Below, one piece after another: positions 55,658 to 64,000 of a stretch of DNA of 64,000 bases (positions within the stretch are counted from its first letter, which is position 1; each line of letters starts with the position of its first letter). The position numbers and the translations under genes are program-made. The notes under the pieces are model-generated. The model did not search any database, was not told the origin of the DNA, and saw only the letters and a list, made by a program, of their open reading frames with translations. Source of the DNA: an uncultured Chloroflexia bacterium. Lineage in GTDB: Bacteria; Chloroflexota; Limnocylindria; Limnocylindrales; CSP1-4. The stretch spans positions 140,741 to 204,740 of the forward strand of contig CAWAHN010000009.1 of assembly GCA_963781845.1 (NCBI GenBank), written 5' to 3'.

Positions 55658-56523
55658 GCGACGAGCGAGCGCCGACCGTCCCCGACGGGCTCGCCGCGAG
55701 CCTCGTCCTCCTGCGACACGGCGAGTCGACGGCCATCGTCGAGGGCCGCTTCCAGGGTCGCCTCGATACCCCGCTGTCGCCGCTCGGCGAGCGCCAGGCG
55801 GAGCTCGCCGGGATCAGACTCGCCGGCCCGTCGACCCCACCGCGCATCCCGGTCCCGGACGTGCCCCCGGTCGAGATCCGGCACTCGCCCCTCGGTCGGA
55901 CGGCGGCGACGGCGCAGGCGGTGGCGGACGCACTGGGACGGATCCACGGACCGTCGTCGGTGCCGGCCCTCCGCCCGGATCCAGGGTTGTTCGAGCTCGC
56001 CCAGGGCGACTGGGAGGGGCTCCATCGGAGCGAGGTGTATCGGCGCTATCCCGACGAGCTCGAGGCCTGGCGGCTCCGGCCGACGGCCGCCGTGGCCCCC
56101 GGCGGCGAGTCGCTCCACGCTGCGGCGGCCCGCGTGCGGCTGACGCTGACGGCCGTCCTCGACGAGCTGGCGGCCGCCGCGCCGGGCTCGGGACCGGACG
56201 GCGCCAGCTCGGGCGGCTACCCCGAGGTCCACGGTCGGAACACGCCGTGGACGCTGCTCGTGGCCCACGACGGGATCTTCAAGGTGACCCTGCTGACGAT
56301 CCTCGGCCTGCCGCTCGACCGCTTCTGGACGTTCCCGTGGGGACTGACCGGGATCACCGTGGTCGAGTTCGTCGGCGGACGACCCATCCTCCGCGCCCAC
56401 AACCTGACCGACCATCTCGGTCCCCTCCAGGCGGAGGACGGTGCCACCGATGCGGCGGCACGCTCCGCCGAGCTCCGCAGCGAGGCGGACGCGGCCGAGC
56501 GCGAACGGACGGGCTCGCTCTAG
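55654..56523 (+). CDS. histidine-phosphatase (phosphoglycerate-mutase-like) family protein, start codon unclear
   Basis: The catalytic LVLLRHGESTAIVEGRFQGRLDTPLS lies upstream of the first canonical in-frame start (GTG 55861). The only candidate start is the CTG at 55654, which overlaps the serA TGA. A LVAHDG motif occurs later. Confidence 0.7.
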   Translation: MSDERAPTVPDGLAASLVLLRHGESTAIVEGRFQGRLDTPLSPLGERQAELAGIRLAGPSTPPRIPVPDVPPVEIRHSPLGRTAATAQAVADALGRIHGPSSVPALRPDPGLFELAQGDWEGLHRSEVYRRYPDELEAWRLRPTAAVAPGGESLHAAAARVRLTLTAVLDELAAAAPGSGPDGASSGGYPEVHGRNTPWTLLVAHDGIFKVTLLTILGLPLDRFWTFPWGLTGITVVEFVGGRPILRAHNLTDHLGPLQAEDGATDAAARSAELRSEADAAERERTGSL

Positions 56524-56530
56524 ACGGTCG

Positions 56531-58894
56531 TCAGAGCCGGCGGATCCCTCGCCCGCGGCGTTCGCGGCGCTCGCGCCGGCGGAAGATGAGCCCGAGCAGC
56601 GCGACACGAAGACGGCGCTGGGCGTCGCGGACCGAGCGAAGCCGGTCGTCGCCCAGGGTCGCCCGGCCATAGGCCACCTCGACCTTCGCCCGGGCCACGG
56701 TCTGGAGGTCCGGTCTGGCATTCGGCAGGACCTCGCCGAGCGCGGCGCTGTACTCGAACACGGTCTGGTTGGGTTTCGGGGCGAAACCGAGCCGGCGGGC
56801 GATCGACGTGACACCACGCCAGGCGGCCTCGGGCTCCGACGCCGACCGCGGGCCTCGCCGGTAGGCGGTGAAGACGGCGCCGCCGACCGCGATCGCCAGG
56901 AGCAGGCCGATCACGATGAGCGGCCCGCTGCCGGGCCCACCGGCACCGTTCGATCCTGCCGCGGTCGTTCCGGCGCCCGCCGGTCGGATGCTCCGGGGTC
57001 GGTCGGGGCCGTTGTCGTCGCCGCTGGTCGGACGCGGGGTCCTCGGGCGTTGACTGACGGCCGGGCCCTCGGGCAGCGGCACGTCCTGGCCGACCTGGCC
57101 GCCGGTCGGATCGAACTGGTACCAGCCGTAGTCCGGGAAGTAGACCTCGACCCAGGCATGCGAGGCGCTCGCCCGGATCGTCTCGATCCCGGTCGGGCTC
57201 CGCTGCCCGGGCAGGAACCCCTGGGCCAGGCGCGCCGGGATGCCCTGCATGTGGAGGAGCACCGCCAGGAGACTCGCGTAGTACTGGCAGTACCCCTGCT
57301 TGAACCGGGCGAAGCACTCGGACACGCTCATCTGGCCGCACGGGACCGCCTGGACGTCCGCCGCGTAGCGGAAATCGCCCTCGCCCAGGAGGTAGTCGGT
57401 CGCGGCGCGGGCGAAGTCGTACGGACTGGCCTTGGCCTCGGGATGGGTCGCCAGGATGGCATCCAGCACCGTCTCGGTGTACGGACCGACGATGCCCGGG
57501 TCGAGCGGCGCGAGGTAGAGCTTCTTGATGCTGTCGGGGTAGTCCGTGCCGGCCGCTTCCAGCTTGTGGGCGGTGAACCCGTTCTTCGGATCGACGTGCC
57601 CGTCGATCGGGACGAGGGCGGTGACCTGGTACTCGGCCGCGTCCGCCTGGATCCCGGCGAACGGGCGCGGCGTCGACGAGCCGACCGAGATGACGGTCGA
57701 GGGGACGTCGACCGATATCGGGGCATCCGGTGCGAAGACCGCCTTCGGGTCGTACTTCGTCAGCTCGGTGACGGTGAACGTCGCCTTGCGTCGCCCGCTC
57801 AGGTCGGTCGGGTCGTCGGCACTCCCGGCCAGCAGCGGCTGCCCGGTCGCGACGTTCGCCTCCGCCTCCTGCGACCAGCTCCAGGCATGTCCGTCGAAGT
57901 GGTCGTAGGCCACCGCCCGCCAGTAGTAGTGGCCGTCGTCGGGCGTCTTGATCTCGAGGACCGGGGTGTTGTCGGTCACCCACACGCCGGTGATCTGGGC
58001 GGTGCCGGAGAAATCGATGAATTGGAACTTGGTGCCCTCGCCGCCGGCCGGGAAGATCCGTTGGAGCTGGCGCCCGATATCGATGATGCCCTGGTCCGCG
58101 CCCGTCCACATCGCCGACAGCGGATCGGACCGGGCGGCGATCGTGAGGAACAGCGAGGCCACGACGGCGGCCGTGACGAAGACCGCCCCGCCCTTCAGGT
58201 ACATCCCGCTGAGCGAACCGGCATCGCCGATCCGGTGCCGGATCCAGAGCGTCCGCTCATCGAACGAGTGGAACCGGATCAGGAGGAACAACGCGGCCAG
58301 GCTGAAGATCACCAGGTACCACAGCTGGTCGCGCGCGGTGATCGCGATGTTGGCGACCAGCATGATCCCGACGACGATGACCGCGTTGAGCGGGCGATGG
58401 TGGTGGAAGGTCACGTACCCGGCGAACTGCCCGGTCGCCCAGGTCAGCAGGCCCAGCACGAGCAGGAAGTGGCCGATCTCCTGGGTGAGCGGCTTCCGGA
58501 AGTAGGTCAGGTCGAGGTAGGCGTCGGCGGTGTGGGAGGCCGTGGCCTGGAACCACTGGATCGGACCGTTCGCGTCAGGGAGGTGGGAACCCACCATCAT
58601 CGGGACGACCAGCGCCGCGACGACGGCACCGAGCAGGTGCGCGAGGGGACGCGACCAGCCGGCCTTGGCGCTGGCGAACCCCCACAGGACGCTCAGGACC
58701 GCGGCGAGCGCCAGGAAGTCCGTCAGTCCGCGCGGACCGGCCACCCAGCTGGCATCGTCGACCGACCAGGCCATCGTCAGGACCATCAGCAGCAGCAGCG
58801 CCAGCGCCGCCCAGCCTTCGCTCGGCGACAGCGGGAAGCGGCGCGCCCGAAGGGCGTCCCCGCGGACGATCGTCCCGAACGACATCGAGGTCAT
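56531..58894 (-). CDS. transglutaminase-domain membrane protein (TgpA-like)
   Basis: Multi-TM N-terminus. The transglutaminase core is GYCQYYASLLAVLLHMQGIPARL...HAWVEVY...FDPT (Cys-His-Asp). C-terminal TM helix and tail. Confidence 0.85.
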   Translation of the reverse strand: MTSMSFGTIVRGDALRARRFPLSPSEGWAALALLLLMVLTMAWSVDDASWVAGPRGLTDFLALAAVLSVLWGFASAKAGWSRPLAHLLGAVVAALVVPMMVGSHLPDANGPIQWFQATASHTADAYLDLTYFRKPLTQEIGHFLLVLGLLTWATGQFAGYVTFHHHRPLNAVIVVGIMLVANIAITARDQLWYLVIFSLAALFLLIRFHSFDERTLWIRHRIGDAGSLSGMYLKGGAVFVTAAVVASLFLTIAARSDPLSAMWTGADQGIIDIGRQLQRIFPAGGEGTKFQFIDFSGTAQITGVWVTDNTPVLEIKTPDDGHYYWRAVAYDHFDGHAWSWSQEAEANVATGQPLLAGSADDPTDLSGRRKATFTVTELTKYDPKAVFAPDAPISVDVPSTVISVGSSTPRPFAGIQADAAEYQVTALVPIDGHVDPKNGFTAHKLEAAGTDYPDSIKKLYLAPLDPGIVGPYTETVLDAILATHPEAKASPYDFARAATDYLLGEGDFRYAADVQAVPCGQMSVSECFARFKQGYCQYYASLLAVLLHMQGIPARLAQGFLPGQRSPTGIETIRASASHAWVEVYFPDYGWYQFDPTGGQVGQDVPLPEGPAVSQRPRTPRPTSGDDNGPDRPRSIRPAGAGTTAAGSNGAGGPGSGPLIVIGLLLAIAVGGAVFTAYRRGPRSASEPEAAWRGVTSIARRLGFAPKPNQTVFEYSAALGEVLPNARPDLQTVARAKVEVAYGRATLGDDRLRSVRDAQRRLRVALLGLIFRRRERRERRGRGIRRL

Positions 58895-58898
58895 CGCG

Positions 58899-60149
58899 TC
58901 ACCCAGCCAGCTGCTCGCCGAGAGGAACGCCGGCCACGACCCGATAGGCCTTCAGGTCGTGCTCGGCGAGCGCATAGCGCAGGGCCTTCGCCTCCGCGAC
59001 CGCGGCCGGAGCCGCCGCGGCCACGGCGTCGCCGTGGCCGGGAGCGCGATATCGGTTGTCCGAGGCCACCCGGGCGCTCTCCGCGTCGACCAGCAGGACG
59101 ACGCAGGCCACCCCGCGGGAGCGCAGGCTGGCGAGCGGCCGGATCCAGTCCCGTTCCGTCGAGGACGTGACGATCACCGCCGTCATCCCCCGCCGAAGGC
59201 GGCCGAGCCCGGTCACCAGGCCCTCGACGAGCGGGGCGCTGCCGTCGGCGTCGACCGCCGCCAGCGTCTGCATGATCTTGAGGTGCTGTCGCCCGCCGCG
59301 GTCGGCGGGCAGGACCGACATCCGGTGACCGAAGGCGGTCAGGCCGACCGCCCGGTTCTCGGTCAGCGACCGATCGACGATCGAGGCCGCCGCCCGGATG
59401 CCCACCTCGGTCGTCGACTCCTCGCCCGTGCCGGCCTGGACGCGACGCTCGAGGTCGAGGAAGATCCAGACGTCGGCCGTCTGCTCGAGGTCGAACTCCT
59501 TGACCTGGATCTCGCCGTGCCGGGCGGTCGACTTCCAGTGGATCCGGTTCATGCTGTCGCCCGGGGCATACGGCCGGACGGTCGTGGCCAGGGGGCTGGT
59601 CTGGAGGGTGCGTTCGCGGGCGGAATGGCTGCCCTCGAGGTTCGCCGACGGCAGGCGCCACATCGGAAGGGCCTCGATCCGCGGGTAGACGATCAGGGTG
59701 ACCGCCTGGCCGACCGTCGCCGACGCCTCGAAGAACCCGAACGGATCCCCGGTGCGGACCTGGAGCGGCTCGATCCGGAAGTGACCGCGGCGGGTGAGCG
59801 GGACCTTGGCGATCCAGCTCCGCTCGCCGCGCGGGCCGAGCGTGATCGCCCGGCCGGGGATGGCCACCGGCAGGCTGGTCGGGTTGTGGACCTCGAGCCA
59901 CGGCTTGGGCAGCCGACCGGCGTTGCGCAGCGTGTAGGTGACCCGGAGCTGCTCGCCGACGTGGCCCTGGAGCTGGCCGACCGCGTAGCCCGCCTCCAGA
60001 TCGGCCAGGCCGAGCCTGGTCAGCACGTAGCTCCCGCCGACGACCAGCATCGCCAGGTAGAGCAGGTAGAACAGGAACGGCTGGCCGGTCGAGAACGCGG
60101 CCACCACCAGGACGATGGCGAGGACCAGGAACTCGATCCGGCGGATCAT
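58899..60149 (-). CDS. DUF58-domain protein
   Basis: Two N-terminal TM helices. VRPYAPGDSMNRIHWKSTARHGEIQVKEF is the DUF58 signature. Confidence 0.85.
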   Translation of the reverse strand: MIRRIEFLVLAIVLVVAAFSTGQPFLFYLLYLAMLVVGGSYVLTRLGLADLEAGYAVGQLQGHVGEQLRVTYTLRNAGRLPKPWLEVHNPTSLPVAIPGRAITLGPRGERSWIAKVPLTRRGHFRIEPLQVRTGDPFGFFEASATVGQAVTLIVYPRIEALPMWRLPSANLEGSHSARERTLQTSPLATTVRPYAPGDSMNRIHWKSTARHGEIQVKEFDLEQTADVWIFLDLERRVQAGTGEESTTEVGIRAAASIVDRSLTENRAVGLTAFGHRMSVLPADRGGRQHLKIMQTLAAVDADGSAPLVEGLVTGLGRLRRGMTAVIVTSSTERDWIRPLASLRSRGVACVVLLVDAESARVASDNRYRAPGHGDAVAAAAPAAVAEAKALRYALAEHDLKAYRVVAGVPLGEQLAG

Positions 60150-60174
60150 CGGCTCGGTCCGTGCTGCGACGCGC

Positions 60175-61187
60175 TCAGCGCCGCGTCCCGCCCTCGGCGA
60201 CCGGCGCGCTCGTCGCGGGGATCGAGCGCGGGCCGCCGGACGTCCGGATCGGCTCGACCGGGAGGGTCTCGAGGAGCTCGCGGACGACCTGGCCGGCCTG
60301 GACGTCGTGGATCGTCGAGCTCGTCTTGATGATCAGGCGATGGGCCAGGGCCGCCTCGGCCAGGGCCTTGACGTCGTCCGGGATGACGTAGTCGCGGCCG
60401 AGCAGGCCGGCCAGCGCCTGGCTCGCCCGGTAGATCGCGATCGAGCCGCGTGGCGAGGCGCCCAGGTAGACGTCGGGGTGGTTCCGGGTCCCGTTGACCA
60501 GCCGGACGATGTAGTCGCTGATCGACGACTCGACGTGGACCTCGCGGATGGCCGCCTGCATCTCGCGCAGCTCCTCGAGGCCGACCACCTCCTCGAGCTC
60601 GTCGAGCGGATGGGTGCGCTTCTGCTCGTCGAGGATCACGATCTCGTCGATCGGCTGCGGGGTAGCCCATCCGGATCCGGAGCATGAACCGGTCGAGCTG
60701 CGCCTCGGGCAGCGCGAACGTGCCCTTCGTACTCGATCGGGTTCTGGGTGGCGATGACCAGGAACGGATCCGGCATCTGATGGGTCACGCCGTCGATCGT
60801 GGCCTGGCGCTCGTCCATGCACTCGAGCAGGCTCGACTGCGTCTTCGGGGTCGCCCGGTTGATCTCGTCGGCGAGCACGACCTGGGCCATGATCGGCCCC
60901 GGACGGAACTCGAACTCCTGGGTCTTCTGGTTGTAGATCGACAGGCCGGTCACGTCGGACGGCAGCAGGTCCGGGGTGAACTGGATCCGCCGGAACGAGC
61001 AGCCGAGGCTCCGCGCGAACGCCTTGGCCAGGACCGTCTTGCCGGTCCCCGGAACGTCCTCGATCAGCAGATGGCCGCGACACATCAGGGCGACCAGGGC
61101 GAGGCGCACCTCGTTGTGCTTCCCGACGATCACACGCTCGACGTTGGCGACGACCTTCTCGCCGGTCTCCTGGATCTTCGTCGTCAT
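60175..61187 (-). pseudogene. MoxR-family AAA+ ATPase, frame broken twice
   Basis: Walker A is EDVPGTGKT and Walker B is [15 protein letters not shown]. After NPIEYEG the sequence [21 protein letters not shown] continues in a second frame, and [11 protein letters not shown]... continues in a third. Extra nucleotides lie in a GGG run (complement of 60723-25) and a CCCC run (complement of 60659-62). The 1013-nt length equals 3n+2. Confidence 0.85.
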
Positions 61188-61449
61188 CGGTCCCCCTCAC
61201 GGGATGACGTGACGCCCGACGGTCTGGGCGCACGGTTGGTTGGTGGGGCGGCGCTGGTCCCGGCCCGGTCGGGCGGCCCAGGTGTCGGAAGATAGTACGT
61301 CCGGGACGCGGAAACGGTTCGTTCCATGACGGCCGCCATGGTCGCCCCTCGGCGTCTCGCCGGCGTCGTGCCGCCGGGGACGGCGCCGGTGCGGCCGGCC
61401 GCCGGTCGTCGCGGACCGGTCGCGGGAGCGACCGCGCCGGGCGGCGAGG

Positions 61450-61650
61450 TCAGCCGCGCAGCAGCGTCTGCGTCCCGACCCACAGCGTCATCAGACAGCC
61501 GACGGCCCCCATCACCGCGAGGAACGGCTCTCCGCCGCTGAACGCGGCGACCGCGACGAACCCGAACAGCCCGGCCAAGACCAGGGCGATCACGGCCAGG
61601 CCGATCCGCTCGACGAGCGGCCGGCCCGGCGGCCGGTCGTCCCCGCTCAC
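61450..61650 (-). CDS. small 2-TM membrane protein downstream of the PBP
   Basis: GTGA overlap with the PBP stop. 66 aa: ...IGLAVIALVLAGLFGFVAVAAF..FLAVMGAVGCLMTLWV. Confidence 0.45.
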   Translation of the reverse strand: MSGDDRPPGRPLVERIGLAVIALVLAGLFGFVAVAAFSGGEPFLAVMGAVGCLMTLWVGTQTLLRG

Positions 61651-63161
61651 TTGGCGACCGAGTCGAGGTAGCTGGCCATCAGCGTCCCGGCGATCGGGGA
61701 CGCCTTCGCGGCACCGCTGCCGCCCAATTCGACGAGGACCGCGATCGCCACCTTGGGATCGTTGGCCGGGGCGAAGCCGATGAACCACGAGTGCGGCTTG
61801 GCCGATCCGTCGAGCTGCGCCGTCCCGCTCTTGCCGGCGGTCACCACCCCGGGCACGGCCGCCCCCGGCGTGAACAGCTTGCCGGAGTCGCCTTCGACCG
61901 CCAGCACCATCGCGTCGCGGATCTGGCCCGCGACGTCGGGCGACACGACCTGGCGCCAGGTCTCGGGCGCGATCTGCGTCGTACCGTCGCGGCCGGACAG
62001 CTGGGTCACGACGTGCGGCTTCATCAGCGTCCCGCCGTCGGCCACGGTCGCGGCGACCATGGCCATCTGGAGCGGGGTCGCCAGCGTCTCGCCCTGCCCG
62101 TACGAGGCGTTCGCCAGCTCGACGTCGTCGGCGAAGCCGCCGCCGTACGAGCCGCCGCCGTTGGTGACCTGGCTGGTCGCGGTCGGGACGTCGAACGGGA
62201 TCGGCGCCCCGAAGCCGAGCTTGGCGGCCCATGACGGTCAGCGCGTCCCCGCCGGTCTGCAGCCCGGTCAGTGCGAAGTAGATGTTGCACGACACCTCGA
62301 CGGCCTCGGGGAAGGCCAGCGGCCGGGCGCCGGTGAAGTCGTGATGGCCGTCCCTGATCCGGAAGCCGGAGACCAGCAGCCCGGTCTTCTCGGCCGGCGG
62401 CTGCCGGGCGAACCGGGTCGCGGTGCTGATCGCGTCCGAGCCCAGGCCGGCGATGGCGGTCACGATCTTGAACACCGAGCCGGGCACGTAACGGCCCTGG
62501 ACGGCCCGATCGAGGAACGGCTTGGCGGGATCGGCCGCCGTCGCCGCGAAGGCCGCCGAGGCCGTCGCCGGGTCGGCGATGGCACCGGCGTCGTACGTCG
62601 GCGTGGAGGCCATGGCCAGGACCTCGCCGCTCCGCGGGTCGAGCATGACGACCGATCCGCGGTCGCTCCCGAGGAGCCGGACCGCCTCCTTCTGGAGGTC
62701 GAGCGACAGGCTCAGCTTGAGGTCCTGCGGCCGGTACCGGTCGGTCGTGAACTTGGCCATCAGCTCGTCGACCGGGTCCGGGCCGCGGATGCCCGACAGC
62801 TCGGCGTCGTAGGCGCGCTCGAGACCGGCCGTTCCGAACTGTCGCGACGCGTACCCGACGAGCGGGGCGACCGCCTTGCTCGGGTAGACCCGGTACGGCT
62901 CGCCGTTGGCGTCCTTCTTCGACGTGGCCAGGATGTGGCCGTCGCGGTCGCGGATCTGGCCCCGGACCACGTCCCGTGCGGCGGCGATGAGGAGCGGGTC
63001 GTCGGGGCGCCCGACGAGGTCGGCGGACCGGACCACCTGCCAGTAGCCCGCGCCCGCGGCGAGGATCCCGAACGCCGCCAGGAGGACGATCCCGAGCCGG
63101 ACGATCCCCTGTCCGATCGGTGTCGCCCGGGGCGGCCCTGCCGCGACCTCCAGCCGCTCAC
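61647..63161 (-). pseudogene. class B penicillin-binding protein (PbpA/PBP2-type transpeptidase), frame broken twice
   Basis: Motifs: SVFK (SxxK), SCN (SxN), KSGTA (KTG-like). The GTG at 63161 overlaps an out-of-frame TGA that fits the rodA end. Frame shifts lie near 63126-63132 and 62228-62230. The 1515-nt length equals 3n, consistent with one deletion plus one insertion. Confidence 0.8.
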
Positions 63162-64000
63162 GACACGCTCCGACGGAGGAGCCGGTCGAACCGTCCGCGG
63201 CTCCGGCTGGGCGGCGGGGGCGGTTCGACGCCCGCGGTCGGACAGCGCCAGGAGCAGGCCGACGACGACCGCGTTGGCCAGCAGCGAGGACCCGCCGTAG
63301 CTGATGAACGGGAGGGTGATCCCGGTCAACGGGATGAGCTTCAGGTTGCCCGCCGCGATGATGAACGCCTGGACGCCGACGACGAGGGCGAGACCCGCGG
63401 CGAGCAGCGCCCGGAAGTCGTCGGCGGCGGCCGCGGCGATCCGCAGGCCGCGCTCGATGATCACGAGGTAGACCCCGAGGATGGCCATGATCCCGATCAG
63501 CCCGAGCTCCTCGCCGAGGGCGGCCAGCGGGAAGTCGGTGTGGATCGCCGGGATCGGCAACCGGCCGCCGACCAGCGGCAGCCCGCCGCCCAGCCCCGTC
63601 CCGAGCAGACCGCCCCGGGCGAAGGCGATCAGGGCCTGGACCACCTGGTAGCCGTCGCCCGATGGATCCGCGAACGGATCGAGCCAGATGTCGACCCGGA
63701 CCCGGACGTGGTCGAACAGGTGGTAGGCGGCGATCCCGCCGAGGACCAGCAGGATCAGCCCGATCACGACGTAGCTGACCCTCGAGGTGGCCACGTAGAC
63801 CAGCGCGAGGAAGACCGCGAAGAACAGGAGCGCCGCTCCGAGGTCGCGCTGGATCACGACGATCCCGAAGGCCAACGCCCACATGACGATCATCGGCAGG
63901 AGGTACGGCAGGGGCGGCAGGCGGAGCGGGCCGAGCCTGGTGCTCTCCGAGATGAGGAGCGGCCGGAACTCGGACAGGTAGCCGGCCAGGAAGACGACGA
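63158..64000 (-). pseudogene. rodA: SEDS protein RodA/FtsW, 5' end outside window, 3' end out of frame
   Basis: Motifs: LAGYLSEFRP, PAIHTDFPLAALGEELG, LPFISYGGSS. The body frame has no stop until 62760, whereas the TGA at 63158-60 is reached if one nucleotide is removed from the GGGGG run at 63216-20. Confidence 0.8.

Noticed and set aside
55861-56523. GTG at 55861 as the start of the histidine phosphatase (the ORF-track start)
   Set aside because: It would remove the catalytic RHGES motif, which is encoded in frame upstream at 55714-55728.
12211-59170. Further shadow ORFs over 500 aa: 12211-13797(-), 13878 onward upstream of 14265, 46050-48482(+), 50540-52624(-), 56441-59170(+)
   Set aside because: The same composition argument applies. 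The real genes on the opposite strand or frame (mrfA, the helicase, the lyase-like gene, tgpA) explain the open frames.
61188-61449. Possible small ORFs in the 262-nt region upstream of moxR (for example 61184-61483 minus, 61326-61541 plus)
   Set aside because: The translations are Ala/Arg/Pro-rich with no start-site signals. The region is more likely a promoter or 5' UTR for the moxR operon.
61450-63882. 810-aa ORF that looks like one large protein
   Set aside because: It is a concatenation of three parts: the antisense/out-of-frame rodA region, the genuine PBP core (residues around GIVRLGIVLL...EVSCNIYFA), and a garbage frame. It ends in a separate small membrane ORF. It was split into rodA, the PBP and a 66-aa ORF after frame analysis.
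1-64000. Search for CRISPR arrays, IS elements, transposase/integrase/recombinase genes, toxin-antitoxin pairs, reverse transcriptases and rRNA
   Set aside because: I saw no spaced direct repeats and no DDE, tyrosine or serine recombinase motifs in any frame. I saw no YxDD reverse-transcriptase motif and no rRNA-like sequence. The only repeats are short inverted repeats and the Pro/Thr linker coding repeat.

Overview
High-GC (about 70% by eye) bacterial chromosomal segment. Gene content looks Actinomycetota-like: rodA followed by a pbpA-type PBP, a MoxR-DUF58-transglutaminase triad, a DUF2342 metalloprotease, a PPOX-class protein, an MrfA/MrfB pair, and several apparently leaderless genes. 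I call about 58 protein-coding genes and one tRNA-Met(CAT). I saw no rRNA, CRISPR array, IS/transposase, integrase or prophage. Most genes sit in tight co-directional arrays, often with 4-nt start/stop overlaps (ATGA/GTGA). Housekeeping genes: ppa, thpR, trpB2-like, ftsH, ftsB-like, ychF, murI, speB-like, rarA, serA plus a class-V aminotransferase, and rodA/PBP. Accessory or poorly understood modules: (i) an adenylate-cyclase/NB-ARC/TPR STAND protein that overlaps, tail to tail, a DnaB-C-terminal-domain-only ATPase of lower GC; (ii) a GntR-coupled ABC importer without an ATPase gene, flanked by two glycerophosphodiesterases; (iii) a 4-gene coupled operon of MBL hydrolase, PPOX, cysteine-desulfurase-like protein and Gfo/Idh/MocA; (iv) a 4-gene coupled operon of PHP metallohydrolase, GH42-like TIM barrel, tandem GNAT and SIS, divergent from a GH38 alpha-mannosidase that shares its stop with a PfkB kinase; (v) an orphan REC-CpaE/MinD-like ATPase; (vi) a secreted DNRLRE/PT-linker/alginate-lyase-like protein behind a 235-nt structured leader. 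The most unexpected sequence-level observation is that at least 10 single-nucleotide indels, most at short G/C runs, break six conserved genes (HAD, UvrD-nuclease, serA, moxR, PBP, rodA). All of them lie between 43.7 and 63.3 kb, and I found none in the first 43 kb. All function calls rest on motifs read from the translations; no database search was run.
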